A DNA stretch of 64,000 bases from a virus: the IMG/VR virus record IMGVR_UViG_3300017927_000001, one strand, 5' to 3'. The position numbers were made by a program, and so were the translations under genes. This document shows, piece by piece, positions 23,858 through 32,335 of this stretch; the stretch's first letter is position 1; each line of letters starts with the position of its first letter. The notes under the pieces are model-generated. The model saw nothing but the letters and a program-made list of their open reading frames with translations, made no database searches and had not been told where the DNA came from.

Positions 23858-24928
23858 ATGGCGAAACCAAAGATCAAGGGTCGCAGCGGCGGTGCCACCG
23901 GCCTCTTCTTCACGAACCCAAAGAAGGGACTCGAGTTCATCAACAGCGGGTGCGAAATCCTGAACTGCGTGTTGGCCGGCTCGGGGGGCGGGTGGCCTCT
24001 GGGCCGCATCAGCAATGTGGTCGGGGACAAGAGCACTGGGAAGACCCTGTTGGCTATCGAAGCGATGGCGAACTTCAATCACCAGTATCCGGACGGGACC
24101 ATGTGCTACGCGGAGACCGAGGCCGCGTTCGACGACAACTACGCGCGGGCACTGGGCATGGACATGAGCCATGTGCTGAGGCCCAAGGTAGACACCGTGG
24201 AGGACTTGTTCGACGACATGGTGGAGTTCCTGGCGAAGGTGGGCAAGAAGGGGCGCGGGCTCTACATCGTCGACTCCCTGGATGCGCTCAGCGACAAGGC
24301 AGAGAAGGGCCGGGGCATCGACGCGCCCACCTACGGGGCCAGCAAGCCCAAGCAGCTCGGCCAGCTATTTCGCCGGCTCATCAAGCCTCTCGAGCGCAGC
24401 TTGGTCCACGTCATGATCATTAGCCAGACCCGCGACAACATTGGGGTCACGTTTGGCGAGAAGCACACCCGCAGCGGAGGCAGGGCGTTGGACTTCTACG
24501 CCTCGCAGATACTGTGGCTCGCCAACCTCGGCCAGCTGAAGAAGACCATCGAAGGCATCACCCGTACCGTGGGGGTGCAGGTGAAGTCCAAGTGCAAGAA
24601 GAATAAGATCGACCTGCCGTTCCGGGAGTGCAGCTTCGACATCCTGTTCGGCTACGGCATCGACGATATCACAAGCAATCTGAACTACCTCAAGTCGGTG
24701 CGCCATCAGTACAAGATAGACGGGCGCTATGTGGACAGCGGAGGTACGTTCCGCCGGCTGCTCGAGAACGCGGGGTCCAAGTACCGAGCGGAACTCATCG
24801 GCGACCTGAACAAGACCGTGATGGACGTGTGGCACCAGAAGGAAACGAAGTTCCTACCAGAAAGAGGCAAGTATGCAGAAAGGGCGAGCTACGAAGAGCA
24901 AAGGGAACAACGAGGAGAATCGGAATGA
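23858..24928 (+). CDS. RecA/UvsX-family recombinase
   Basis: Walker A GRISNVVGDKSTGKTLLAIE, Walker B RGLYIVDSLDALS, and IISQTRDNIGVTFGEKHTRSGGRAL (RecA L2-like region). Adjacent to the SSB gene. Confidence 0.75.
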   Translation: MAKPKIKGRSGGATGLFFTNPKKGLEFINSGCEILNCVLAGSGGGWPLGRISNVVGDKSTGKTLLAIEAMANFNHQYPDGTMCYAETEAAFDDNYARALGMDMSHVLRPKVDTVEDLFDDMVEFLAKVGKKGRGLYIVDSLDALSDKAEKGRGIDAPTYGASKPKQLGQLFRRLIKPLERSLVHVMIISQTRDNIGVTFGEKHTRSGGRALDFYASQILWLANLGQLKKTIEGITRTVGVQVKSKCKKNKIDLPFRECSFDILFGYGIDDITSNLNYLKSVRHQYKIDGRYVDSGGTFRRLLENAGSKYRAELIGDLNKTVMDVWHQKETKFLPERGKYAERASYEEQREQRGESE

Positions 24929-24965
24929 ATGCGCGGGGCATAAAACTCAAAACTTGGAGACATAT

Positions 24966-25706
24966 ATGAAACGTGTCGTTCTGTACTCAGGCGGGTTGGA
25001 TTCGTTCTGCCTAGCGCATCTTGTCAAACCGGATCTGCTGGTCTATTTTCACACCGGCCTCCCAGAGCAGGATCTGGAGCTGATGAGCATCCGGCGGTTG
25101 GGCAAGGTTGGGGGGTTGCCGGCAATGCTCCAAGTCGACCGGAGGTTCAATCTGGCCCCGTACAAGCTGTCGAATGACACGATGCCGTTCCGCAACCTGT
25201 ATTTCCTCGCGGCGGGCTTTACCTACGGGGACGCTCTCTACCTTGGAAGCGCCGCATCCGACATTCGGCTTGATCACGGGGACCGGTTCACGAACAAGGT
25301 GCTTGATCTGCTCGCGTATCTGAGCCAGAACCCACAGGATAACCCTCCGGGCCTACTCGCGGAGAACATGCAGATACTGACCCCCTTCGAAAAGAAGACC
25401 AAGAGCCAGTTCCTTCGCGAGTTCCTGCGGAGCGACGGCAACGCGGACCATTTGATGCTGGCCTCCCGTAGCTGCTACCGACCCACTCTCAAGGAGTGCG
25501 GGGAATGCACCGCTTGCGTTCGCAAGGCTATAGCGTTCGTGAACAATAGCCTGCCTCTGACCATGTTTGAGAACGACCCAACCATCCACTTTGAAGAGGA
25601 GCTCAAGGCCAGAAGCGAGAGAATCACAGCACAAAGGGCAAACCTCGTATTCGAGGTAAGAGACGCAATCTGGGCAATCAACGAAAGGGAAAGGAAGAAG
25701 CTATGA
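24966..25706 (+). CDS. queC: 7-cyano-7-deazaguanine synthase QueC
   Basis: ATG 24966. PP-loop VVLYSGGLDSFC. C-terminal Zn-cysteines SRSCYRPTLKECGECTACVRKA. 246 aa, with no extra amidotransferase domain. Confidence 0.85.
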   Translation: MKRVVLYSGGLDSFCLAHLVKPDLLVYFHTGLPEQDLELMSIRRLGKVGGLPAMLQVDRRFNLAPYKLSNDTMPFRNLYFLAAGFTYGDALYLGSAASDIRLDHGDRFTNKVLDLLAYLSQNPQDNPPGLLAENMQILTPFEKKTKSQFLREFLRSDGNADHLMLASRSCYRPTLKECGECTACVRKAIAFVNNSLPLTMFENDPTIHFEEELKARSERITAQRANLVFEVRDAIWAINERERKKL

Positions 25707-26008
25707 CATCCCCATCCCAAAAGGAACCGGCTCTGACGAAGGAACAGCGCAATTACATCAGGGAGCGGCTTTCCGATATTCGCAGGGAGGCAAGGAAACG
25801 CAGGAAAGAGAAAAGGCCCGCGGAGGTGATCGCGGCGGAGAGGCTCCTCGACCGCTTTCAGGTACAGGAGGAGAGGAGCGAGAACTCCTTCTACAAAAAG
25901 GTGGAGGCGGACGAGCGCAAGGTGCTCGAGGCACTGCTGTTCAGCCCGGAGAAGGCGCTGGCAGAACTCAAGAAGTTTGAAGCGAAATACTTGGGAGGAT
26001 CCAAATGA
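25703..26008 (+). CDS. hypothetical basic coiled-coil protein (101 aa)
   Basis: ATGA-coupled at both ends. Confidence 0.5.
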   Translation: MTSPSQKEPALTKEQRNYIRERLSDIRREARKRRKEKRPAEVIAAERLLDRFQVQEERSENSFYKKVEADERKVLEALLFSPEKALAELKKFEAKYLGGSK

Positions 26009-26394
26009 AGATGAACAACTCGCTTGACCTAGCCGTGCTCCGGGCGATCAACATCGACCGCGCCCGTTACTGGCATCGTGGGTCGCTCCGCCCGTGGACC
26101 ACTGCGGAATGGTCTAACGCGATGTGCGGGGAAGCCGGCGAGGCGGCAAACGTGGCGAAGAAGCTGCTGCGCGTAGACCTCGGAGTAAGCTCCCCAAACA
26201 ACGAGGAGCGGGACATACTGCGCGCTAAGCTCAAGAAGGAGCTGGCCGACGTCCTCATCTACTGCGACCTCGTTGCGGCCAACGAAGGGATTGATCTCGC
26301 CGAAGCGGTTATCGAGGTCTTCAACCAAATCTCCGAGCGGGAAGGTCTTCCACACCGGCTCCAGTCGGGGCAGGAGCAAGGGGACCGGCGATGA
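26005..26394 (+). CDS. mazG: MazG-like nucleoside triphosphate pyrophosphohydrolase
   Basis: AMCGEAGEAANVAKKLLR and KKELADVLIYCDLVAANEGIDL match the MazG EAGE..N..KK and E(L)aDvl.Y helices. Confidence 0.7.
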   Translation: MKMNNSLDLAVLRAINIDRARYWHRGSLRPWTTAEWSNAMCGEAGEAANVAKKLLRVDLGVSSPNNEERDILRAKLKKELADVLIYCDLVAANEGIDLAEAVIEVFNQISEREGLPHRLQSGQEQGDRR

Positions 26395-26756
26395 AGATCC
26401 TGGACCGTGGGCACGCCTACGCACTTCGGATGCTCGACAGCCCGCGCGAGTGCCTGCTGAGGTTCGTCAAGCGGGCAGGTGAGGGCTACCCCGGCAACGT
26501 GGGCTTCTATCCGGGCACCAATCTCCAAGAGGTGCTGCGCGCGTGCATCGACCGGGTGAAGTACCTCGACAGCCAGATACCGGATCCAACGAACCTTGTC
26601 CTCGTCGACCACTTGCGCTCCTCTCTCAAGCTTCTCGAGATGCGGGCAGCGCGCCGGCACAATCGAGACATCCCCGTGTTCAGGTATGCCATCGAAGACA
26701 TGCCAGTGTGTTCTAAGTGCGGACACATTGGCTGCGAGGGGCAGTGCCATGAATGA
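26391..26756 (+). CDS. hypothetical protein (121 aa, C-terminal CxxCxxxxCxxxC)
   Basis: ATGA-coupled. C-terminal PVCSKCGHIGCEGQCHE. Confidence 0.55.
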   Translation: MKILDRGHAYALRMLDSPRECLLRFVKRAGEGYPGNVGFYPGTNLQEVLRACIDRVKYLDSQIPDPTNLVLVDHLRSSLKLLEMRAARRHNRDIPVFRYAIEDMPVCSKCGHIGCEGQCHE

Positions 26757-27171
26757 CGAATGGGACACCGGGGCCGGCACGTCGACGGGCATGTGGCAGA
26801 TGGTCAGCGAGCTGCTGCGTGGGGAGAAGCTACCGCAATCTGTGAGCCTAGCACTGCTCGGACTGTGCGCCGGGGAGTTAAGGCTCTATCCCCCATACCA
26901 GACACCTCCGTGGGTCGCTGCGTTCCTTAATCGGCGCTACAAGGTGGTCGAGGAGATGAAATCCGCAGCGAAGCTGATGGAAGCGGGGATCCCAATAAGG
27001 AGCTCTAGCATCCTTTACGATTGGGCTCGCCGATTGGAGGTCGAGGATGAAAAGGAGGCGTGTCCACTGGCCGGTTCAGTACACGAGGAACTTCCCGCAG
27101 TGCGAGGAGATGAACAAGCCAAGGAGTCCGGGGTTTCCACCGGACCAGTGCCACCGATTCGCCCAGTTTGA
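26749..27171 (+). CDS. hypothetical protein (140 aa); 3' third is doubtful
   Basis: ATG 26749 overlaps the upstream stop. GC3 is good until about 27050, then falls while the overlapping frame (27047-27316) takes over. Confidence 0.4.
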   Translation: MNDEWDTGAGTSTGMWQMVSELLRGEKLPQSVSLALLGLCAGELRLYPPYQTPPWVAAFLNRRYKVVEEMKSAAKLMEAGIPIRSSSILYDWARRLEVEDEKEACPLAGSVHEELPAVRGDEQAKESGVSTGPVPPIRPV

Positions 27172-27316
27172 GTACGACGGGCACGTCTACTGCAAACGGC
27201 ACGCGGAAGCCAGAGTAAAGGCAGATAAGGAGGCTGGACATGTTATCGACTCAGGCGAAGATCATGCGCCTCGAGGGTCTTCTCGAAACGGACGACCTAA
27301 ACGCGCGCGAGCATGA
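27047..27316 (+). CDS. hypothetical Cys/His-containing protein (89 aa); 3' part is doubtful
   Basis: ATG 27047 is preceded by GGAGG at 6-nt spacing. MKRRRVHWPVQYTRNFPQCEEMNKPRSPGFPPDQCHRFAQFEYDGHVYCKRHAEARV. GC3 drops after about 27235, where the next ORF starts. Confidence 0.45.
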   Translation: MKRRRVHWPVQYTRNFPQCEEMNKPRSPGFPPDQCHRFAQFEYDGHVYCKRHAEARVKADKEAGHVIDSGEDHAPRGSSRNGRPKRARA

Positions 27317-27425
27317 CTTCGTGGAACACATGCGGGACCTCCTCGCCAGGGGAAGGATCGGGGACCTGAGCGAGAAGCAGCTCGACTGGATAGAGAGGCT
27401 TTACGACAAACACTTCGCGGGGTAG
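27240..27425 (+). CDS. hypothetical protein (61 aa)
   Basis: High GC3. MLSTQAKIMRLEGLLETDDLNAREHDFVEHMRDLLARGRIGDLSEKQLDWIERLYDKHFAG. An alternative start at ATG 27264 is possible. Confidence 0.5.
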   Translation: MLSTQAKIMRLEGLLETDDLNAREHDFVEHMRDLLARGRIGDLSEKQLDWIERLYDKHFAG

Positions 27426-27428
27426 CTA

Positions 27429-28052
27429 ATGGCCGACTTGTATGAGGATTTGGGAGTTCCTCGTGATGCCACACCGCAGGAGCTGAAGCAAGCCTACCGG
27501 CGCAAGGCGATGCGGACGCACCCGGACCGACACGGGGGCAGCAAGGAGGACTTCAGCCGGCTGCGGCTGGCTTACACGGTGCTGAGTGATCCAGAGCGCC
27601 GGCAAAAGTACGACCGCGACGGAACCCTCGAGCACGAGATCTCCGGGGAGCTGCAAACACTGGCCCAGATGCTCATCGGAATCGCGGAAGGGAACAACGA
27701 GGATCAGGTAGATCTGATCTCGGCGCTGCGTATGGAGGTCCAGAAAGGAATACAGGGCCACACGAAGATGAAGGAATCCTGGGAGGCCAAGGCCAAGAAG
27801 TTCCACAAGCTGGCAAAGCGTGTCAAGCACAAGAAAGAGGGGGAGCGAAATCTGTTCGCCAATATGCTCGAAGCTCACGCCAAACAGGCGGAGGAGAACA
27901 TCGAGATTGCGAAGAAACACATCAAATTCGGCCAGCGAATGTTGGACATGCTTGCCGATTACGAGAGTCCGATCGACTTGGCAGAGATAATCAGGAACGA
28001 AATGCTGTCAAGCATCACATTCACCATCAGCACCGGAGGAATCAAGCCATGA
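27429..28052 (+). CDS. J-domain (DnaJ-like) protein
   Basis: DLYEDLGVPRDATPQELKQAYRRKAMRTHPDRHGGSKEDFSRLRLAYTVLSDPERRQKYD is a canonical J domain with the HPD tripeptide. No Zn-finger or C-terminal DnaJ domains. Confidence 0.8.
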   Translation: MADLYEDLGVPRDATPQELKQAYRRKAMRTHPDRHGGSKEDFSRLRLAYTVLSDPERRQKYDRDGTLEHEISGELQTLAQMLIGIAEGNNEDQVDLISALRMEVQKGIQGHTKMKESWEAKAKKFHKLAKRVKHKKEGERNLFANMLEAHAKQAEENIEIAKKHIKFGQRMLDMLADYESPIDLAEIIRNEMLSSITFTISTGGIKP

Positions 28053-28555
28053 GGAAGGGTGGAGGCAAGCAGAAGGGTGCGTTGTTCGAGAGGCTTGTGT
28101 GCAAGCAGCTGAGTCTCTACTACTCGGACGGGCGCAGGGATGACCTGTTCTGGCGCAGCGCGATGTCGGGAGGACGGGCTACGCTCAACAAGGGCAAAGC
28201 GAAGAACCAAGCCGGGGACATAACTGGCATCGGAGGGCACACCTTCCTGCACGATGTGTTTCTGGAACTCAAGCACTACAAGAGCTTGGACCTCGCTGGG
28301 TTCTGCCTGTTCGGCACAGGCAAGCTCCAGAAGTTCTGGGATACCGCGCTCAAGCAAGCGCGCGACGCGGGTAAGCGCCACACGCTACTCATCGCAAAGG
28401 AAAACCGGCTGCCGGCTATCGTCATTGCGTCCCCCGGCTGGCTATCGGACCCAGACCAACCAAAAGACCGGCGAGCCATCATCGACGGGTGCGACGTGTA
28501 CCTGTTCGACGAGCTTTTCCCAAAGCCCAAACGCAGCAAGCCGAGGATCAAGTGA
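28049..28555 (+). CDS. PD-(D/E)xK-type nuclease (Holliday-junction-resolvase-like), putative
   Basis: KGALFERLVCKQLS, then AGDITGI and FLELKHYK, fit a G.FE...D...ExK arrangement. The gene precedes sbcD. Confidence 0.5.
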   Translation: MRKGGGKQKGALFERLVCKQLSLYYSDGRRDDLFWRSAMSGGRATLNKGKAKNQAGDITGIGGHTFLHDVFLELKHYKSLDLAGFCLFGTGKLQKFWDTALKQARDAGKRHTLLIAKENRLPAIVIASPGWLSDPDQPKDRRAIIDGCDVYLFDELFPKPKRSKPRIK

Positions 28556-29553
28556 GAGCCATAGTAGTCTCTGACCTACATCTCACAGATAGGCCAGCGG
28601 ACGAGTACCGATGGACCGTGTTCTCTCAAATCGCGGAGCTCTCCAAAAAGCACGCAGCCGACGAGCTTTGGATACTCGGGGATTTGACAGAGTTCAAAGA
28701 TTATCACTCAAGTCGGCTGGTAAACCGGATAGCCAACCGGCTTCATTGGTGCCGGAAGTCCTCCAGGTTGAACTTCATCCACATACTCCGCGGGAACCAT
28801 GATGGACTTGATCCGAACACCCCCTACTTTCGATTCCTGGGATTCATTGGATGGTGTACGTTTTATTCGGAGCCAAGAATCCTGGAGTCCGGCCGAGATC
28901 GAATTGCTGTTCTCCCGCATTCGCGCACGCTTGCGGAGGACTGGAATAAACTCGACGTGGAGGATGCTACGCATATCTTCCTGCACGCCACCTTTGACGG
29001 TGCTAGAGCTGAAACTGGAACAAGGCTCCGAGGAGATGATCCTCACATGTTTGATAGAACGGGAGCGGTCGTACTATCGGGCGACATTCACGTTCCGCAG
29101 AAAGTGGGGAGCGTACTTTATTGCGGAGCCCCGTATCCCATCAGATTTGGAGATCGTTTTCGACCTCGAGCTCTTGTGGTGGTAGACAGGCAAGTGACTT
29201 CCGAGCGGCTGCTCAATATCCGCAAGCTCATCGTAGAGTTTGGGCCGGATGTGCGCCAAGATCCTCCCGCACTGCGCCCCGGAGATCAGATCAAGGCTAT
29301 CATCAAGCTGCGCGACTCGGAGCTCGGCGATTGGCAGGAGTGGAAGCAGCTCGTTCAGCAGTATTGCAAGGAGCAGAGCGCGGTGTTGTCCGCGGTTCAG
29401 CTCTCGAAGGTGGGTCACACAGGGAAGCCGAAGATACAAACCAAGGAACACAGAACGCTTACGCCAGCCGAGGCGCTGCGCGCCTATTGCGCCCGTAACA
29501 AAGTCGAAGCCCCGCTGGTAAAATTAGGGGCGCAGCTACTCGAGGAAGATTAG
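28552..29553 (+). CDS. sbcD: SbcD/Mre11-like metallophosphoesterase nuclease
   Basis: GTG 28552 is GTGA-coupled. Motifs IVVSDLHL, WILGDLTE, ILRGNHDG and IFLHATF are typical calcineurin-like phosphoesterase motifs I-IV. Confidence 0.8.
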   Translation: MRAIVVSDLHLTDRPADEYRWTVFSQIAELSKKHAADELWILGDLTEFKDYHSSRLVNRIANRLHWCRKSSRLNFIHILRGNHDGLDPNTPYFRFLGFIGWCTFYSEPRILESGRDRIAVLPHSRTLAEDWNKLDVEDATHIFLHATFDGARAETGTRLRGDDPHMFDRTGAVVLSGDIHVPQKVGSVLYCGAPYPIRFGDRFRPRALVVVDRQVTSERLLNIRKLIVEFGPDVRQDPPALRPGDQIKAIIKLRDSELGDWQEWKQLVQQYCKEQSAVLSAVQLSKVGHTGKPKIQTKEHRTLTPAEALRAYCARNKVEAPLVKLGAQLLEED

Positions 29554-29668
29554 CTAGGCCCCCGTGTGCAGACGGGTCCGGGGCAACCCGGAATGATGAT
29601 CTCCGGGAGGGTGGTACCTCTCGTTCGCCCTTGCGACTGGCAAGTATCTGCGTCGACCAGCCTCCTAC

Positions 29669-29703
29669 GCCCTCCGAGGAGAACACGGAGGGCTTTTTCT
29701 TTT
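29669..29703 (+). terminator. Rho-independent terminator
   Basis: gccctccg (29669-29676) pairs with cggagggc (29686-29693), followed by tttttctttt. Confidence 0.75.
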
Positions 29704-29718
29704 ACTCAGGAGATCAAC

Positions 29719-29940
29719 ATGATAGAACTAAGTGATGAGCGGATCGTTGACCTTTGGATTCAATCCGGCGGTGGGGATAAAACCGAGCCATATCCTGCGT
29801 TGATCGCCTTCGCCCGCGCCGTGATCGCCGCCGACCGGCAGGCCCGCCAAGTGCCGGAGAGTCCAGTCATTTGCAATTGCGGATACGAAATGGAGCAGCA
29901 GTGGGTTTGCGAACGATGCGGAATAAGGTGGGCAGTATGA
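29719..29940 (+). CDS. hypothetical protein (73 aa, C-terminal CxC...CxxC)
   Basis: ATG 29719 follows CAGGAGA. The upstream part of ORF 29566-29940 crosses the terminator and is rejected. Confidence 0.5.
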   Translation: MIELSDERIVDLWIQSGGGDKTEPYPALIAFARAVIAADRQARQVPESPVICNCGYEMEQQWVCERCGIRWAV

Positions 29941-30491
29941 AAGCGACCGACGAAGCCCGCCAAGCGCCGGAGGGCGAATCCATGCACGATCTGACGGCTC
30001 GGATGGCTCTGGCAGATGGTCCGTACAAGCCAGCGCCGGAGGGCGACAGGGACGAGGCGTTGAGGCTGTGGGAACAGGCCGGCTTCCGCGTATTCCATGG
30101 TGATGCGGTCGTAGAGGGAAGTGGGCAACTTGTCGCTATCACAGGGATGCTCGTCCGCCTCATCTCCCTCGCCCGCGCGAGCGCATCGCCGCCGCAGGAG
30201 CCGGTGGCGTGGCGTCAAGTAGTTCAGGGCTACTTGAATCAGGGCGACTGGGATCGGGACACGCTAGAAGCGCTGCTGAACGATGATCGCCTTTCCGCCG
30301 CCCCGGACGCGCTCGATGCGAGGCGGATTCAACGCGATGCCTTGGCGAATGCGGCGGACAAGATAGCTGCAAACCCAGTCTGGTTTCACGATAAGACTGC
30401 GATTGCAATACGGCATGAACTTCGACGCATGGCCGTTGAAATCAACGACGCGCTGGCCTCTGAGCCGCCACAGGAGGGAACAAAGTCGTGA
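29937..30491 (+). CDS. hypothetical protein (184 aa)
   Basis: ATGA-coupled at 29937. GTGA-coupled to sbcC at its 3' end. Confidence 0.5.
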   Translation: MKATDEARQAPEGESMHDLTARMALADGPYKPAPEGDRDEALRLWEQAGFRVFHGDAVVEGSGQLVAITGMLVRLISLARASASPPQEPVAWRQVVQGYLNQGDWDRDTLEALLNDDRLSAAPDALDARRIQRDALANAADKIAANPVWFHDKTAIAIRHELRRMAVEINDALASEPPQEGTKS

Positions 30492-32335
30492 AGATCAATA
30501 AGATCTGGCTCGAGAACTTTCGTTCGTTCACCGAGCCTCAATCCATCCTCATCAAACGTATGCCCCCCGGCCTCTACCACGTTGCCGGCCTAAACGAAGT
30601 CGAGCCATCACTAGGTGCTAACGGGGCCGGCAAGAGCAGCCTGTTCGAATCCTTGTTTTGGTGCCTGTTCGGAAAGACCTCGCGCAACATCAAAGCGGGC
30701 AACGTCGTCAACTGGGCCGCGAGTAGTGCCTCGGTGCAGATACTTACAGACCGAGGGTGGATCAAGCGGACCCAATCCCCGAACTCCCTTCGCATAGGCG
30801 GCGACGTTGCAGACGATAAGGAAGTGGATCAAGTCGAACTCGAGAAGTTCCTCGGAATAGACGCCGATGAGTTTCTCTACAGCTTCTACTTCAGCCAGTT
30901 CAGCCCGAGCTTCGTGGACCTGTCGCCGGCCGCGCGTATGGAAATCTACAGCCGGGTGATGAAGCTCGAGCGATGGGAGGAGAAGAGCGATCAGGCAAGG
31001 TTCCTGCGCGGCGAGTACGAGAAGGAAGTCGCGCAGATGGAGCAAAAGGTGGCCCGCGCCGAAGCCTCCGTTGAAGCGTTTGAGCAAAGTCAGAAGGACC
31101 TCGAGGAGCGGAGCAGTGCGTGGCAGGAGGAGCACATAGAGTCTCTTGGGCTGGCAGAGAAGAAGATCGAGAAGGCCACGAAAAAGCTGAAGGCGCTGCA
31201 AAAGGGGGTCCAGGAATACCTGGAGGAGCTCAAGGAGCTAGTTAAGGCATCCAAGCACGCAAACGCACAGCTCGGCAACGCGCTCGAGAAGGCCGAGGGG
31301 CTAAAGAAGCACTACCGGGCAGCCGAGCTGCGTCTCGAGCGTGCCTCAACGGAGCTTGAAAACGCGAACGCGGTGTGGTCCAGGTTCGTCGACGTGGCAA
31401 GGAAGCCGACCTGCGTCACCTGCGCTCAGGGCATCGACAAGCGCCACGCGCTCAAGCACCGCAGGAAGCTCGAGGCGGTTGCGGAAGCGTGCCAGCAGAA
31501 GCAGCGGGTGGCCCTGCGCGCGTTTGAGGAGGTGGCGGATGATCTGAAGAACTGCCAATCCGCGCTGAGCGGCTACAAGGAGGAAGCGGACAAGGCTGAT
31601 GCTGCCATGCGCCAGCTCAAGAACACTGCGGAGAAGAATGAGATCTACATCATTGCCGCCGAGCAGGAGGAGGCGGATGCGAAGCAGGACCTGAAGCGGC
31701 TTGCTGCCAAGCGTGACCCCTATGGCACGGAACGGGCCGTACTGGCAGCGCGGGTGAAGAAGGCGAAGGCGGACCTTCAGATCGTGAACAAGGAACTCGG
31801 CGGGGTTCGCTTCATGGCCTCCGCCTTCGAGTTCTGGCAAAAGGGGTTCAAGGACATACGGTTCCAGCTCATCGAAGAATCTCTGCGCCAGCTGAACGCT
31901 GAAGTGAACGAGTGCTTGGTGGCGTTAGGGCTTGAGGCGTGGCAGTTAGAGTTCTCCGTGGAGAAGGAAACGAAGAAGGGTACGGTGCGCCGGGGCTTCA
32001 ACTGCGACGTTCTAAACCCTGCGGTCGTGACTGGGGCGGTGCCGTGGGAGGTGTGGAGCGGAGGGGAGTCGCAGCGGCTTCGTCTTGCGGCTCAGCTCGG
32101 CGTTGCCAACATGATCTCAGCGCGCACCGGCTTCGACTGCAATCTCGAGCTGTGGGATGAACCTACGACGTGGCTCGGCGAAGAAGGCATCAAGGATCTC
32201 TTAGCGGTGCTCGAGGAGCGCGCGAAGCGGTACGGGCGCGTGATCCTCATTGCGGATCACCGCAGCATCGACTTCCCGTTCGCCGGAACCGTGCTGGTGA
32301 CCAAGACCGGGGCCGGCAGCACCCTCAGCTGGTAG
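30488..32335 (+). CDS. sbcC: SbcC/Rad50-like ATPase
   Basis: IWLENFRSF, Walker A GANGAGKSSLFESL, a long coiled-coil middle, signature SGGESQRLRLA, Walker B LELWDEPT, and LIADHRS. Confidence 0.85.
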   Translation: MKINKIWLENFRSFTEPQSILIKRMPPGLYHVAGLNEVEPSLGANGAGKSSLFESLFWCLFGKTSRNIKAGNVVNWAASSASVQILTDRGWIKRTQSPNSLRIGGDVADDKEVDQVELEKFLGIDADEFLYSFYFSQFSPSFVDLSPAARMEIYSRVMKLERWEEKSDQARFLRGEYEKEVAQMEQKVARAEASVEAFEQSQKDLEERSSAWQEEHIESLGLAEKKIEKATKKLKALQKGVQEYLEELKELVKASKHANAQLGNALEKAEGLKKHYRAAELRLERASTELENANAVWSRFVDVARKPTCVTCAQGIDKRHALKHRRKLEAVAEACQQKQRVALRAFEEVADDLKNCQSALSGYKEEADKADAAMRQLKNTAEKNEIYIIAAEQEEADAKQDLKRLAAKRDPYGTERAVLAARVKKAKADLQIVNKELGGVRFMASAFEFWQKGFKDIRFQLIEESLRQLNAEVNECLVALGLEAWQLEFSVEKETKKGTVRRGFNCDVLNPAVVTGAVPWEVWSGGESQRLRLAAQLGVANMISARTGFDCNLELWDEPTTWLGEEGIKDLLAVLEERAKRYGRVILIADHRSIDFPFAGTVLVTKTGAGSTLSW

